The notes: a model not told the origin generated them from the letters alone. Shown: positions 41,310 through 51,226, counted from the stretch's first letter. The stretch is 64,000 nucleotides of DNA from an uncultured Spirochaetota bacterium (GCA_963753085.1 CAVWBF010000022.1:177086-241085); one strand, 5' to 3'. Program-made: numbers and translations.

Positions 41310-42113
41310 TCAACCCGCGAGCTGCTTTTTGCGGAATTCCCTCGGAGACAAGCCCGTCTCCTTCTTGAAAATGCGGGAGAAATACCTCGCGCCGTCGAAG
41401 CCGACATGCTCGGCGATCTCCTCCACCGTCAGGCGCCGATCGAGAAGGAGAAGCTTGGTCTTGTCGATCCTGACAAGGTTGCGATAGTGCATGGGGGTCA
41501 CGCGCATCTTCCGCTTGAAGATGCGAAAAAGATAGGAGGAGCTCACCGAGATTGTTTGCGCGAGCGTCTCGATGCCGAAATCGCTTCTGTAATGCTCATG
41601 GATGTAACTGAGACAGCGTTCGACCTGGGTATCATTCTCCCGTGACCTCTCGCGGTAGCTCTGCCTGATCAGAAGGAAAAGAGTCTTGAGGCAGGAGGCG
41701 ATCACGTCACCAGCCAGGGCGCGCTTTCCGGTGAACTCGAGATAGATGATCTCGAAGAGCTCCCGCATGACGCCCCGCAGGTCCTTGAGCTTGATGGCAT
41801 GACCGAAGGAAGGACACGGGCCCAGGTCGGCCCAGATGCAGATGATTTCCTGCCGGGTGCCCAATTCGAGGTGTTCCTGGTGGGAGAGGCCGGGCGGATA
41901 GACTACGACGTCGAAGAGCGAGATGTCGATGGATTCATCACCGACCTCGATTGTTGCCTTCCCCTCGATGAAGAAGATGAGCTCGAAATAGGGATGTGAG
42001 TGTTTTTGAAAATTCCAGATGCTGCTCCTGCCGTCGAAACGCTCGCACCACTTCGCGGTCGCGCGGTCAAGGCGAAGATTTTCCAAAAAAGTGGATATCG
42101 ATTCATCCGGCAT
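41310..42113 (-). CDS. AraC-family transcriptional regulator (N-terminal cupin sensor, C-terminal HTH)
   Basis: 267 aa. Cupin-like N-terminus (HSHPYFELIFFIEGKATIE) and AraC HTH (IAEHVGFDGARYFSRIFKKETGLSPREFR). Sits directly upstream of GRE 1 on the same strand. Confidence 0.85.
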   Translation of the reverse strand: MPDESISTFLENLRLDRATAKWCERFDGRSSIWNFQKHSHPYFELIFFIEGKATIEVGDESIDISLFDVVVYPPGLSHQEHLELGTRQEIICIWADLGPCPSFGHAIKLKDLRGVMRELFEIIYLEFTGKRALAGDVIASCLKTLFLLIRQSYRERSRENDTQVERCLSYIHEHYRSDFGIETLAQTISVSSSYLFRIFKRKMRVTPMHYRNLVRIDKTKLLLLDRRLTVEEIAEHVGFDGARYFSRIFKKETGLSPREFRKKQLAG

Positions 42114-42310
42114 GCGCCGGGCCTCTCACCGAGCACAGATTACCACACCGCGGTTCAAACGGGGAGAGGTCGCCCGGCAGCGTTTTGGTTCACAATTGTT
42201 CACCTATTGGATAGTTATGGCCGTTCCATTCCCTGCTGGATACCTTACCATAGGCCAAGTCGTTAGCGCCGCAATTTTGGAAGGAGGGTCGATTATGAGC
42301 TAAAAAGTTC

Positions 42311-42377
42311 TTGCCAAGGACGAGAGAAACATGCATAATCGAAACGGTTTCATATGAAACACTTTGATGTTTCATAT
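42311..42377 (+). promoter_or_regulatory. Candidate sigma70 promoter (TTGCCA, 17 nt, CATAAT) followed by a perfect 14-bp palindromic operator GTTTCATATGAAAC (42347-42360) and a half-site GTTTCATAT (42369-42377)
   Basis: Read directly. The element lies in the AT-rich divergent region between araC-like and the ABC substrate-binding gene. An AAGGGAGG ribosome-binding site precedes the ATG at 42398. Confidence 0.4.
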
Positions 42378-42397
42378 CAATTCAAGGGAGGTGCCGT

Positions 42398-43345
42398 ATG
42401 GCAAGAATGAAGAGAGCTTTGATCATCGGGACCGTGTTGCTGTTAGCGGTGGCTTTCGGAGCGAGCGCTCAAGCCAAGTTGGTCAAGGCGGCGTTCGTCA
42501 TCTCGAACGCGGCCAATGAATCACAGGCGTTCTCGTCGAAGCAGTTCCTCAAGTTCGGGTCGCAGTTCGGCTTCGACATGTACACCTTCGACGCGAAGGG
42601 TGATACGCAGGCCGAGTCGCAGATCGTGACGAACTGCATCGCGCAGAAGTTCAAGGTCATTTTCCTGAACCCGAACGACATCAGCGCTATTGTCCCCGCC
42701 ATCATCAAGGCCAAGGCGGCTGGCATGATCGTGGGCATGTTCTCCTCCGACCTCGCGCCGGAGAACCAGAAGTACCGTGACTTCTACGCGGGTGTCAACG
42801 ATACAATGGCAGGCCAACAGGCTGCCCAGGCATTCATGAAGCACTTCCCGAGCGGAGCCAAGATCGTGGAGATCGGCGGCCAGGCGGGTCACGACGCCCA
42901 GATCAAGCGACATGATGGTTTCAATGGCGCCCAGGGGATCAAAGGTTCGAATATCCAGGTCCTCGACTACAAGGCCTGCCAGCAGTGGGCGACCGACCAG
43001 GCGCAGGCCATCATGGAAGATGACATCGTGAAGTACGGCAGCGATATCCAGGGCGTGTTCGTCCATTGGGACAACGGAGCAACCGGCGTGATCCAGGCGG
43101 CCAAGGCCGCGGGCATCACGGGCCTGTACATCGTCGGAGTGGACGGCAACCGCGCCGGCTACTACCAGGTTCAGAGCGGCGACCAGGCGGTCAGCATCGC
43201 CCAGGACTTCGTGCTCATGACCAAGACGGACCTCGGCCTCGCTCGAGACGTCCTGGCCGGCAAAAAGGTTAAGCAGATCAACTACGTCCCGCTCTTCGTC
43301 GTCGACAAGAGCTCCATCGCGAGTTTCGATCCGCCCGAGTGGTAG
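42398..43345 (+). CDS. Sugar ABC transporter periplasmic substrate-binding protein (type I PBP, ribose/monosaccharide class)
   Basis: 315 aa with a signal peptide (LIIGTVLLLAVAFGASAQA). Sequence pattern consistent with RbsB-like PBP1 binding proteins. First gene of the ABC operon. Confidence 0.8.
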   Translation: MARMKRALIIGTVLLLAVAFGASAQAKLVKAAFVISNAANESQAFSSKQFLKFGSQFGFDMYTFDAKGDTQAESQIVTNCIAQKFKVIFLNPNDISAIVPAIIKAKAAGMIVGMFSSDLAPENQKYRDFYAGVNDTMAGQQAAQAFMKHFPSGAKIVEIGGQAGHDAQIKRHDGFNGAQGIKGSNIQVLDYKACQQWATDQAQAIMEDDIVKYGSDIQGVFVHWDNGATGVIQAAKAAGITGLYIVGVDGNRAGYYQVQSGDQAVSIAQDFVLMTKTDLGLARDVLAGKKVKQINYVPLFVVDKSSIASFDPPEW

Positions 43346-43418
43346 GATCCGCATAGTCTGAAAGGCTCGTTTCGCCTCTGGCGGGACGAGCCTTGTTCTA
43401 CTATCTTCACTCAAGGAT

Positions 43419-44924
43419 GTGACCATGGAAGCAGCCGGCTCTGAGGTCATCTTGTCCATCAGGGACGTGAGCAAGTCTTTCCCCGGGGTCAAGGCCCTGG
43501 ATCGGGTCTCCATCGATTTCCGGCGCGGCACGGTGCACGGCATCGTCGGCGAAAACGGCGCGGGCAAGTCGACGTTGATGAAGATCCTGTCCGGCGTCTA
43601 CCAGAAGGACAGCGGGACGATCGAGTTCGACGGGGCGCGCGTCGAGCACACAACACCGCACCAGTCCATGCAGAGCGGGCTGGCGATCATCTACCAGGAG
43701 CTCAACCTCGTCAACACGATGAGCGTCGGGGAGAACGTCTTCCTCGGCCGGTTCAAGGAAATGAAGGGCATGAGGGGCACCCATGCCAGGGCGCGGGAGC
43801 TCCTGGACAGCATCGGCAGCACGGTGCCCACCACGAGGCTGGTATCAGAGCTTTCCGTGTCAGAGAAGCAGATGGTGGAGATCGTCAAGGCCCTGTCCTT
43901 CCAGTCGAAGCTCATCATCATGGACGAGCCCAGCTCGAGCCTCACCGCGGAAGAGATGGCCGAGCTGATCACAATCATCCGCCAGCTCAAGGAGAAGGGG
44001 ATCTCGATCATCTACATCAGCCACAAGCTCGACGAGATCTTCCAGTTCTGCGACGTGGTGAGCGTGATGCGGGACGGACGGGTGGTGGACACCAAGGCTG
44101 TGGCCGAGTTCACGCGCAACGAGCTGATCTCCAAGATGGTCGGCCGCACGATAGAGAACGAGTATCCTCCGCGCCCTCACAGCGTGGGAGAGGTCGTGAT
44201 GGAGGTCCGTTCCATCAAGACCCACAAGCTCCACGACATCTCGTTCAAGCTTCACAAGGGCGAGATCCTGGGGCTTGTCGGCCTGGTCGGTGCGGGCCGC
44301 ACCGAGATCGTCCGGGCCATCTACGGCGCTGACAAGGCACGCGGACACGAGGTCCTCCTGGGCGGCAAGCCCGCGACCATTCGCAACCCCAGGCATGCCA
44401 AGGACTTCGGCATCGGGCTGATTCCGGAAGACCGCAAGCTCCAGGGCCTCGTCCTGCCCTTTTCCGTTGAATCGAACATTTCCATGGGGAGCATAGGGAA
44501 GTTCAGCCGGCTCGGCTTCATCCGCCGTTCGCTGGAAAAGGGCATCGGGGCCCGCCAGGTGGAGGCCCTGTCGATCAAGACGCCCTCGACACGGGTTGCC
44601 GTGAACAACCTCTCCGGCGGCAACCAGCAGAAAGTCATCGTCGGGCGATGGCTGGAGATCTCACCGCAGATCTTCATCATGGACGAGCCGACCCGGGGCA
44701 TCGACGTCGGCGCCAAGTACGAGATCTACCTCCTGATGAAAAGGATCGTCGAGGCGGGAGGATCGATCATCCTCATCTCCTCCGAGCTTCCCGAGGTGCT
44801 CAACATGGCAAACCGTGTGCTGACGATATTCGAGGGACGGGTCACCGGGGAGTTCTCCCCTGAGAAGACCCCGGTTGACGAGATCATGAAGGCCGCGCTG
44901 GGCCTCGAGGGAGGCGCTGCATAG
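43419..44924 (+). CDS. Sugar ABC transporter ATP-binding protein with two fused nucleotide-binding domains (RbsA/MglA-like)
   Basis: 501 aa. Walker A GENGAGKST, signature LSGGNQQKV, and a second nucleotide-binding domain with GLVGAGRTE. The true start may be the ATG at 43425. Confidence 0.9.
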   Translation: MTMEAAGSEVILSIRDVSKSFPGVKALDRVSIDFRRGTVHGIVGENGAGKSTLMKILSGVYQKDSGTIEFDGARVEHTTPHQSMQSGLAIIYQELNLVNTMSVGENVFLGRFKEMKGMRGTHARARELLDSIGSTVPTTRLVSELSVSEKQMVEIVKALSFQSKLIIMDEPSSSLTAEEMAELITIIRQLKEKGISIIYISHKLDEIFQFCDVVSVMRDGRVVDTKAVAEFTRNELISKMVGRTIENEYPPRPHSVGEVVMEVRSIKTHKLHDISFKLHKGEILGLVGLVGAGRTEIVRAIYGADKARGHEVLLGGKPATIRNPRHAKDFGIGLIPEDRKLQGLVLPFSVESNISMGSIGKFSRLGFIRRSLEKGIGARQVEALSIKTPSTRVAVNNLSGGNQQKVIVGRWLEISPQIFIMDEPTRGIDVGAKYEIYLLMKRIVEAGGSIILISSELPEVLNMANRVLTIFEGRVTGEFSPEKTPVDEIMKAALGLEGGAA

Positions 44925-44926
44925 CC

Positions 44927-45919
44927 ATGGCAGAAGTTGCGATGCGCGTGGGAAGGAACCCGGTGGCCAGGGCCGCGCAGGCCTTCTTCCGGGACTACCT
45001 GGTCCTGGTGATGATCGCGGTGCTGGTCACCATCACGGCGATCGTAGAACCCAAGTTCCTCAATCCGCGGAACCTGACCAACATCATGCGCCAGTTCGGG
45101 CCTCTCATGATGGTCTCACTCGGCATGACCTTCGTCATCATCGGCGGCTTCATTGACCTCTCGGTGGCCGGCATCATAAACCTCGTCGCCGTGGTCACCA
45201 TCTCCCTGATCGGTCCGTTGGGGCAGGTACCCGCTCTCCTGGCCGGCCTGACAATCGGGGCCGCATGCGGGGCGCTCAACGCTGCCGCCATCCTGACCTC
45301 GGGGGCTCTCACCCAGGCTGAAGCGCTGTTCCTCACCTTCGGCATGAGCACGGTGTTCTCGGCCTTTGCCCTGCTGTACAGCGGGGGCATGACGATGCAC
45401 TTCTGGGACATCAAGACGAGCAAGGCGATGTTCGAGACGATCGGTGCCGGGACCGTGGGCCCGTTCTCCGTTTCGTTCGTGATTTTCCTGGTGGTGCTTC
45501 TGATTCTCTGGATCTTCCAGACCAAGACGACAGAGGGACGGGCCATCAGCCTCACGGGAGGCAACAAGACGGCTGCGCGCCTCAGCGGCATCCGAATATT
45601 GCGGAGCATTTTCGTGATCTACGTGGTCTGCGGCCTGATGACAGGGGTGGGGGCCATCGTCCTGTTCTCCCGGATCACCACGGCCGCCCCCGTCATCGGC
45701 GCGGGCTACGAAACCAACGCCATCCTTTCGGTCGTCGTCGGAGGCACCACGCTGAAAGGGGGCAAGGGGAGCGTCCTGCGCACCGTGATGGGCGTGCTCC
45801 TTGTCATCCTCATGTCCAATTGCCTTGACCTCCTTGGTGTCTCGACCTACCTCCAGGTGGTTACGAAGGGCGCAATCCTGATCCTCGCGATCTGGCTCGA
45901 CAACCGCAAGCAGGTGTAG
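44927..45919 (+). CDS. Sugar ABC transporter permease (RbsC-like, BPD_transp_2)
   Basis: 330 aa, polytopic membrane protein directly after the ATPase. Confidence 0.85.
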   Translation: MAEVAMRVGRNPVARAAQAFFRDYLVLVMIAVLVTITAIVEPKFLNPRNLTNIMRQFGPLMMVSLGMTFVIIGGFIDLSVAGIINLVAVVTISLIGPLGQVPALLAGLTIGAACGALNAAAILTSGALTQAEALFLTFGMSTVFSAFALLYSGGMTMHFWDIKTSKAMFETIGAGTVGPFSVSFVIFLVVLLILWIFQTKTTEGRAISLTGGNKTAARLSGIRILRSIFVIYVVCGLMTGVGAIVLFSRITTAAPVIGAGYETNAILSVVVGGTTLKGGKGSVLRTVMGVLLVILMSNCLDLLGVSTYLQVVTKGAILILAIWLDNRKQV

Positions 45920-45930
45920 GAGGTACGGCC

Positions 45931-46920
45931 ATGGCAGGCAACGCAATCGGGGCGAGGATGACGGGAAACGGAGTCAGCGCGAGGATATACTCGTTTGTCA
46001 TGAGGCAGAAGGCATTCGTCGCCATCATCGTGATGCTGGCCGTGATGCTCTTCTCCCCCAGACATTTCTACACCGCCTACAACCTCCTCGACATGCTCAA
46101 CTCCACGTCGATCCTTCTCATCCTCTCCTTCGGGGTCACGCTCACCATCATCGCGGGCGGCTGCGACCTCTCCATCGGGGGGATCCTCGTGGTCTCTGGC
46201 ATCCTGTCCATCAAGCTCCAGGACGTGATGCCCATGGAGCTTGCCATCGCCGCCGCCGTGATCTTCGGCGTGGTGGTCGGCTTCGTGAACGGATTCCTCT
46301 CCGTCCACCAGAAGACGGAGCCGTTCATCATCACACTCGGCATGGGCCTCCTGCTCACCGGCGTGGCCCAGCAGCTCACCGACGCCCATCCGGTGCCCGC
46401 GAAGAATCCCGCCTTCATGGTGATCGGGAACGGGGATTTCCACGGGGTGCCCAACCTCGTGATAATCACGGTGGTCTGCTTCGCCCTGGCGTTCTGGCTC
46501 ATGCGCTACACCCAGTTCGGCCGCAACCTCTACGCGATCGGCGGGGACTACGAGGTTGCGCGCTACTCGGGCATCCCGGTCATCCGAACGAAGTGGATTG
46601 CCTTCGTGATCAGCGGCGGCGCTGCCGGCCTGGCAGGAATGCTTCTCTCTTCCAAGCTGAACACCGGCTCCTCGATCTACGGCGACCTGACCGCCCTCGT
46701 GGTGAACTGCGGCGTCGTGGTCGGGGGAACCTCGTTCGCGGGCGGCATCGGAGGAATCCCGCAATCGGGCCTCGGCCTCCTGGTGTTCGGCATGCTCGAC
46801 AACGTGATGAACATGCTCGCGATCAAGTCCTACTACCAGGTATTGTTGAAGGGCGCGGTCATCGTGGCGATCATCTGGCTCGATTGCTTCGCTCAGAAGA
46901 GGAAGCGCGAGTTTGTCTGA
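45931..46920 (+). CDS. Sugar ABC transporter permease (second RbsC-like subunit)
   Basis: 329 aa, a paralogous permease. Last gene of the transporter operon. Confidence 0.85.
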   Translation: MAGNAIGARMTGNGVSARIYSFVMRQKAFVAIIVMLAVMLFSPRHFYTAYNLLDMLNSTSILLILSFGVTLTIIAGGCDLSIGGILVVSGILSIKLQDVMPMELAIAAAVIFGVVVGFVNGFLSVHQKTEPFIITLGMGLLLTGVAQQLTDAHPVPAKNPAFMVIGNGDFHGVPNLVIITVVCFALAFWLMRYTQFGRNLYAIGGDYEVARYSGIPVIRTKWIAFVISGGAAGLAGMLLSSKLNTGSSIYGDLTALVVNCGVVVGGTSFAGGIGGIPQSGLGLLVFGMLDNVMNMLAIKSYYQVLLKGAVIVAIIWLDCFAQKRKREFV

Positions 46921-46946
46921 GCCGCGGCGCCGGGTCTCCTCCTGGC

Positions 46947-47810
46947 TCATGCAAGCGCGTTTTCCAGGGCCTGCCGCATGACCTCTTTGTCGGGCTCGAG
47001 GCCTGTCCACATCGTGATGTTCAGGGCTGCCTGGTTGATCAACATCTTCAGACCGCTCTGCCAGCGCACGCCGCGCTTGTCAGCCTCCCGGAGGAAGGGA
47101 GTGGAGGCAGGATTGGGTATGACATCCTGCACGTACATCCTGGAGGTGATCGTATCGTAGTCGATGTCGGGCTTGTCGTTGACATGAGGATACAGGCCGA
47201 TCGAAGTTGCGTTGACCACGATGTCCGTGTCCGCGGGAATCTTGAGTTTCCCTGCCCAGGGAACATACTCGGTGGCAACCCGGGTGTTTTCTTTCAGGAT
47301 CCTGATCAGGCTCTCGGCCAGCGCGACGTCCCTGGGGATGTTCACGATTGTCAGTTTTCGGGCGCCGGCAAGGGCAAGCTCGACACAGATGGCCCGGGAA
47401 GCCCCGCCCGCGCCCAGGACCACCACGCTCTTCCCGGACGGGTCCACCCCGGCGCCCTCCAAGGCTATCATGAAGCCCTTCCCGTCCGTGTTCTCACCCT
47501 TCAGAACCCCGTTCTCATTGATGATGGTATTGACGGCGCCGATCAGCCGGGCGCTGGGAGCCACGTCGTCGAGATACTTGAGGACCTCGATCTTGTGGGG
47601 GATGGTGCAGTTGATGCCGCGCATTTTCATGGCTTTCAGACCCTTGATGGCGTCGCCCAGGGAGGCCGCCTCGACATCAATGGTCAGAAAGCGCCATCGC
47701 TCCAGTCCCAGGCTGCGGAAGGCCGCCTCCTGGATCACGACGCCGGGGTTCTCAGCCACCGGGTGGCCAAAGACACCCACCAGGTTGTCCAGGTAGTTCT
47801 GTTCCTTCAT
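46947..47810 (-). CDS. Shikimate/quinate 5-dehydrogenase family oxidoreductase (AroE-like)
   Basis: Starts at the internal Met (MKEQNYLDNLVGVFGHPV...) after a GGAGGA ribosome-binding site. About 287 aa with NAD(P) motif VVLGAGGASRAI and an N-terminal substrate domain typical of AroE, YdiB or RifI. Confidence 0.8.
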   Translation of the reverse strand: MKEQNYLDNLVGVFGHPVAENPGVVIQEAAFRSLGLERWRFLTIDVEAASLGDAIKGLKAMKMRGINCTIPHKIEVLKYLDDVAPSARLIGAVNTIINENGVLKGENTDGKGFMIALEGAGVDPSGKSVVVLGAGGASRAICVELALAGARKLTIVNIPRDVALAESLIRILKENTRVATEYVPWAGKLKIPADTDIVVNATSIGLYPHVNDKPDIDYDTITSRMYVQDVIPNPASTPFLREADKRGVRWQSGLKMLINQAALNITMWTGLEPDKEVMRQALENALA

Positions 47811-47834
47811 TTCTTTCCTCCTCGGCCAATTGTA

Positions 47835-47863
47835 TTGACACTTCGTACTGATCGCAATAGAAT
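47835..47863 (+). promoter_or_regulatory. Candidate sigma70 promoter for the GRE 2 operon: TTGACA, 17 nt, TAGAAT
   Basis: Consensus -35 with a near-consensus -10 and 17-nt spacing, in the divergent region between the aroE-like gene and GRE activase 2. Confidence 0.35.
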
Positions 47864-47885
47864 TGCATTTCATTCGTAATCTCTC

Positions 47886-48794
47886 GTGCCTGCGGACAAA
47901 GACATGATTTTTAACATACAACGATTCTCCACGCACGATGGGCCGGGCATACGTACGATAGTCTTCTTCAAAGGGTGCGCTTTGCACTGTCCCTGGTGCG
48001 AGAATCCCGAGAGCCAATCCTTCAGGCAGGAGCTTGCCTGGGACGAGAGGAAGTGCATCGGCTGCCTCGACTGCGTGCACGCGGCAAAGGACGGAGAAGC
48101 GGTGGCCGAAAAGGGCAGGCCGGTGTTTCACCGCCGGAAGATCGGTGACCCTGGCGCGCTTGCCAGCGTGTGCCCCACTGGAGCCTTGGCCGTCCTGGGG
48201 GAGGAAACAACGGTTTCCCAGATCGTGCAGGAAGTCCAGAAGGACGTTGCCTTCTATAGAAAGAGCGGCGGCGGGGTCACCATTTCAGGCGGCGAGCCCT
48301 ACGATCAGCCCGCTTTCCTGCTGGAGCTCCTGAATGCGCTGGGCGGGATTGGCGTTACCGTAGCAATAGAGACCACCTTGAGCGTTCCCTGGAGCGCAAT
48401 CGAGCCCAGCCTCCCGGGGGTAGAGGCATTCCTCGTGGACATCAAGCATGCCAACGCGCAGACGCTGAGAAGCGTTACGGGCGGAAATCTTCCCCTCATC
48501 GTCGGCAACTTGCGGAAGCTGGAAAGCCTGCACGCCCGGGTGACCATCCGCGTCCCCGTGATTCCCGGTTTCAACGACGCGGGATCGGATATGGCCGACA
48601 TCGTGGATCTGGCGGCGTCACTGGAGAACGTGAGGGAGATCCACTTCCTGCCGTTTCACACGCTAGGCATCGGCAAGTATCGCCTGCTTGGAAAGGAATA
48701 CCGTTTTTTGAAGGAAGCCGGGCCCGCGGAAGATATGCAAGAATGGATCGACCTTGCTCGCAGCAAGGGGCTGGAAGCCGGCATTGGAGGATAG
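47886..48794 (+). CDS. Glycyl-radical enzyme activating enzyme 2 (radical SAM with auxiliary 4Fe-4S clusters)
   Basis: CALHCPWCENPE radical-SAM motif after FNIQRFSTHDGPGIR. CIGCLDCVHAA and a second cysteine cluster. GTG start, though the true start may be the ATG at 47904. Confidence 0.88.
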   Translation: MPADKDMIFNIQRFSTHDGPGIRTIVFFKGCALHCPWCENPESQSFRQELAWDERKCIGCLDCVHAAKDGEAVAEKGRPVFHRRKIGDPGALASVCPTGALAVLGEETTVSQIVQEVQKDVAFYRKSGGGVTISGGEPYDQPAFLLELLNALGGIGVTVAIETTLSVPWSAIEPSLPGVEAFLVDIKHANAQTLRSVTGGNLPLIVGNLRKLESLHARVTIRVPVIPGFNDAGSDMADIVDLAASLENVREIHFLPFHTLGIGKYRLLGKEYRFLKEAGPAEDMQEWIDLARSKGLEAGIGG

Positions 48795-48795
48795 A

Positions 48796-51210
48796 GTGGA
48801 AGCAACCCGAATCAAGCCCATGGTGTCGGACCGGATCGCAAAGCAGAAGGACCGGCTCCTGAAGACAAGGCCGACCGTGTGCGTCGAGCGCGCCCGCATC
48901 TACACCGAGTGCTACCGCCGCAACCAGGACCAACCCCTCGTCATTACCCGGGCGCTGGCACTCGAAGAGACGCTTCGCGGGATGAGCATCTACATCGATG
49001 ACGGGGAGCTCACCGTCGGCAACCAGTCCTCCAGGCCGCGGGCAGCGCCCATTTTCCCCGAGTACGCGGTGGGGTGGATCCTCAATGAGCTGGACGCGTT
49101 TGCCGGGAGGCCGGGAGATGCTTTCTACCCGACGGAAGAGGCCAAGGCGGCGCTGCGCGAGATCTGCCCATGGTGGCAGGGAAAGACTCTTTTCGAAAAG
49201 GGTACCGCCCTGCTGCCTCCCCTCATGCGGGAGATCCACGATGCGGAGATCATCCGAGCGGAGGGCAACCTGACCTCGGGTGACGGCCATATTGCCGCGA
49301 ACTTTCCCCGGATCCTTTCGGAAGGCCTGGGCGGGTACCGCCAGCGTGTTGCCCGCAAGCGGGAAGCACTGGACCTCTCCGACTGGGCGGACCTCAGAAA
49401 GGAGCAGTTCTACCGCGCCGTGGACATCGCGCTCACCGGGCTTTCCGCCTTCATACGTCGATTCGAGGAACGGGCCCGCCTCATGGGCGCGCAGGAAAGC
49501 GATCCGGCCCGGCGGGAGGAGCTGGAGACGATCTCCCGAAACTGCGCGGTCATTGCCGAACGGCCGCCTGAGGATTTCCACCAGGCGCTTCAGCTTGTCT
49601 ACTTTGTCCATCTGGTTCTCCAGATCGAGAGCAACGGGCACTCGGTTTCTCTTGGCCGGGCTGACCAGTACCTGTACCCGTTCTATGCCCGTGACGTGGA
49701 GGCGGGGCGGCTCAAAGAGGATTTCGCTCGAGAGCTCCTGGAAAGCACGTGGCTGAAGCTCTTCTCCATCAACAAGATACGGTCCTGGTCGCATACCCGG
49801 TTTTCCGCGGGAAGCCCGTTGTACCAGAACGTGACCATCGGCGGGCAGACCCGCCGGGAAAAGGACGCGGTAAATCCGCTCAGCTTCCTGATCCTCGAGT
49901 CGGTGGGAAATCTCCGCCTCCCCCAGCCAAACCTCAGCGTACGCTACCACCGGGAGCTGGGCGATGACTTCCTCTCCGCATGCATCTGCGTGATCGAGAA
50001 GGGCTTCGGGATGCCTGCCTTCAAAAATGATGAGATCATCATCCCCGCCCTCATCAGGCAGGGGGTTGAACGGGAGGACGCTTTCGATTACTCGGCCATC
50101 GGGTGCATCGAGGTGGCCGTGCCCGGCAAGTGGGGCTACCGGTGCACCGGCATGAGCTTCCTCAATTTCCCCCGGGTGCTGCTTGCAGCGCTTCGAAACG
50201 GCCATGACAGCAGGTCCGGAAAGACCTTCTGTCCCGGCACGGGAAGTTTGGAGAACTTCTCCGGCTTCGACGACGTGATGAAAGCCTGGGAAAAACAGGT
50301 GAAGTTCTACGCAGGCGCCACCGTTGCCATCGACACCGCGGTGGACACCGCGTTGGAGGAAAACGTTCCCGATATCCTGTGCTCCGCCCTGGTGGATGAC
50401 TGCATCGATCGGGGGAAGACCCTGAAGGAGGGAGGAGCGAAATACGATTTCATCTCCGGCCTCCAGGTCGGGATCGCCAACCTGGGAAACTCACTTGCCG
50501 CCATCAGGAAGCTCGTCTTCGAGGAAAAGAAAATCGGCAAGGCGGAGCTCATGGAGGCGCTGGAGAAAAACTTCGAAGGCGCGGCGGGGGAGAAGATCCG
50601 CCAGCTCCTCCTCAATCGCGCTCCCAAGTACGGAAACGACGATGACTCGGTGGACCTGCTCCTGCGGGACGCCTACACGGTGTTCATCGACGAGCTCTCC
50701 CGGTACCACAACACGCGCTATGGCAGGGGCCCCATCGGGGGGACCTATTACGCCGGGACCTCCAGCATCTCAGCCAACGTTCCCTCGGGGTCAGTGGTTC
50801 CGGCAACGCCGGACGGCCGCAAAGCCTGGACGCCCCTGGCGGAGGGATGCTCCCCATCGTCGGGAACGGACACCCGGGGACCCACCGCCGTCTTCAAGTC
50901 CGTCGCAAAGCTCCCGACGGAGAAGATCTGCGGGGGGGTGCTCCTGAACCAGAAGCTTTCCCCCGCGGCAATTGCCTCCCCGGCGGACAAGGAGAAGCTC
51001 GCCGCGCTCCTCCGCGCATTCTTCGATGACCTGAAGGGCTGGCACGTGCAGTACAACATCGTCTCGCGCCAGACTCTGCTCGCCGCCCAGAAGGCCCCGG
51101 AGAGCTACCGGGACCTCGTGGTGCGCGTGGCCGGCTATTCGGCCCTCTTCACGACACTTGCGCCGGAGACGCAGAACGATATCATCGCCCGTACGGAGCA
51201 CAGCCTGTAA
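48796..51210 (+). CDS. Glycyl radical enzyme, eliminase/dehydratase type, substrate unknown: GRE 2, a paralog of GRE 1
   Basis: About 805 aa. Glycyl-radical motif VVRVAGYSALF and active-site block AIGCIEVAVPGKWG (Cys-x-Glu). GTG start 5 nt after a GGAGG ribosome-binding site and immediately after the activase stop. The ORF track begins earlier, at 48754. Confidence 0.9.
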   Translation: MEATRIKPMVSDRIAKQKDRLLKTRPTVCVERARIYTECYRRNQDQPLVITRALALEETLRGMSIYIDDGELTVGNQSSRPRAAPIFPEYAVGWILNELDAFAGRPGDAFYPTEEAKAALREICPWWQGKTLFEKGTALLPPLMREIHDAEIIRAEGNLTSGDGHIAANFPRILSEGLGGYRQRVARKREALDLSDWADLRKEQFYRAVDIALTGLSAFIRRFEERARLMGAQESDPARREELETISRNCAVIAERPPEDFHQALQLVYFVHLVLQIESNGHSVSLGRADQYLYPFYARDVEAGRLKEDFARELLESTWLKLFSINKIRSWSHTRFSAGSPLYQNVTIGGQTRREKDAVNPLSFLILESVGNLRLPQPNLSVRYHRELGDDFLSACICVIEKGFGMPAFKNDEIIIPALIRQGVEREDAFDYSAIGCIEVAVPGKWGYRCTGMSFLNFPRVLLAALRNGHDSRSGKTFCPGTGSLENFSGFDDVMKAWEKQVKFYAGATVAIDTAVDTALEENVPDILCSALVDDCIDRGKTLKEGGAKYDFISGLQVGIANLGNSLAAIRKLVFEEKKIGKAELMEALEKNFEGAAGEKIRQLLLNRAPKYGNDDDSVDLLLRDAYTVFIDELSRYHNTRYGRGPIGGTYYAGTSSISANVPSGSVVPATPDGRKAWTPLAEGCSPSSGTDTRGPTAVFKSVAKLPTEKICGGVLLNQKLSPAAIASPADKEKLAALLRAFFDDLKGWHVQYNIVSRQTLLAAQKAPESYRDLVVRVAGYSALFTTLAPETQNDIIARTEHSL

Positions 51211-51226
51211 CCGGAGGGAACGGGGC

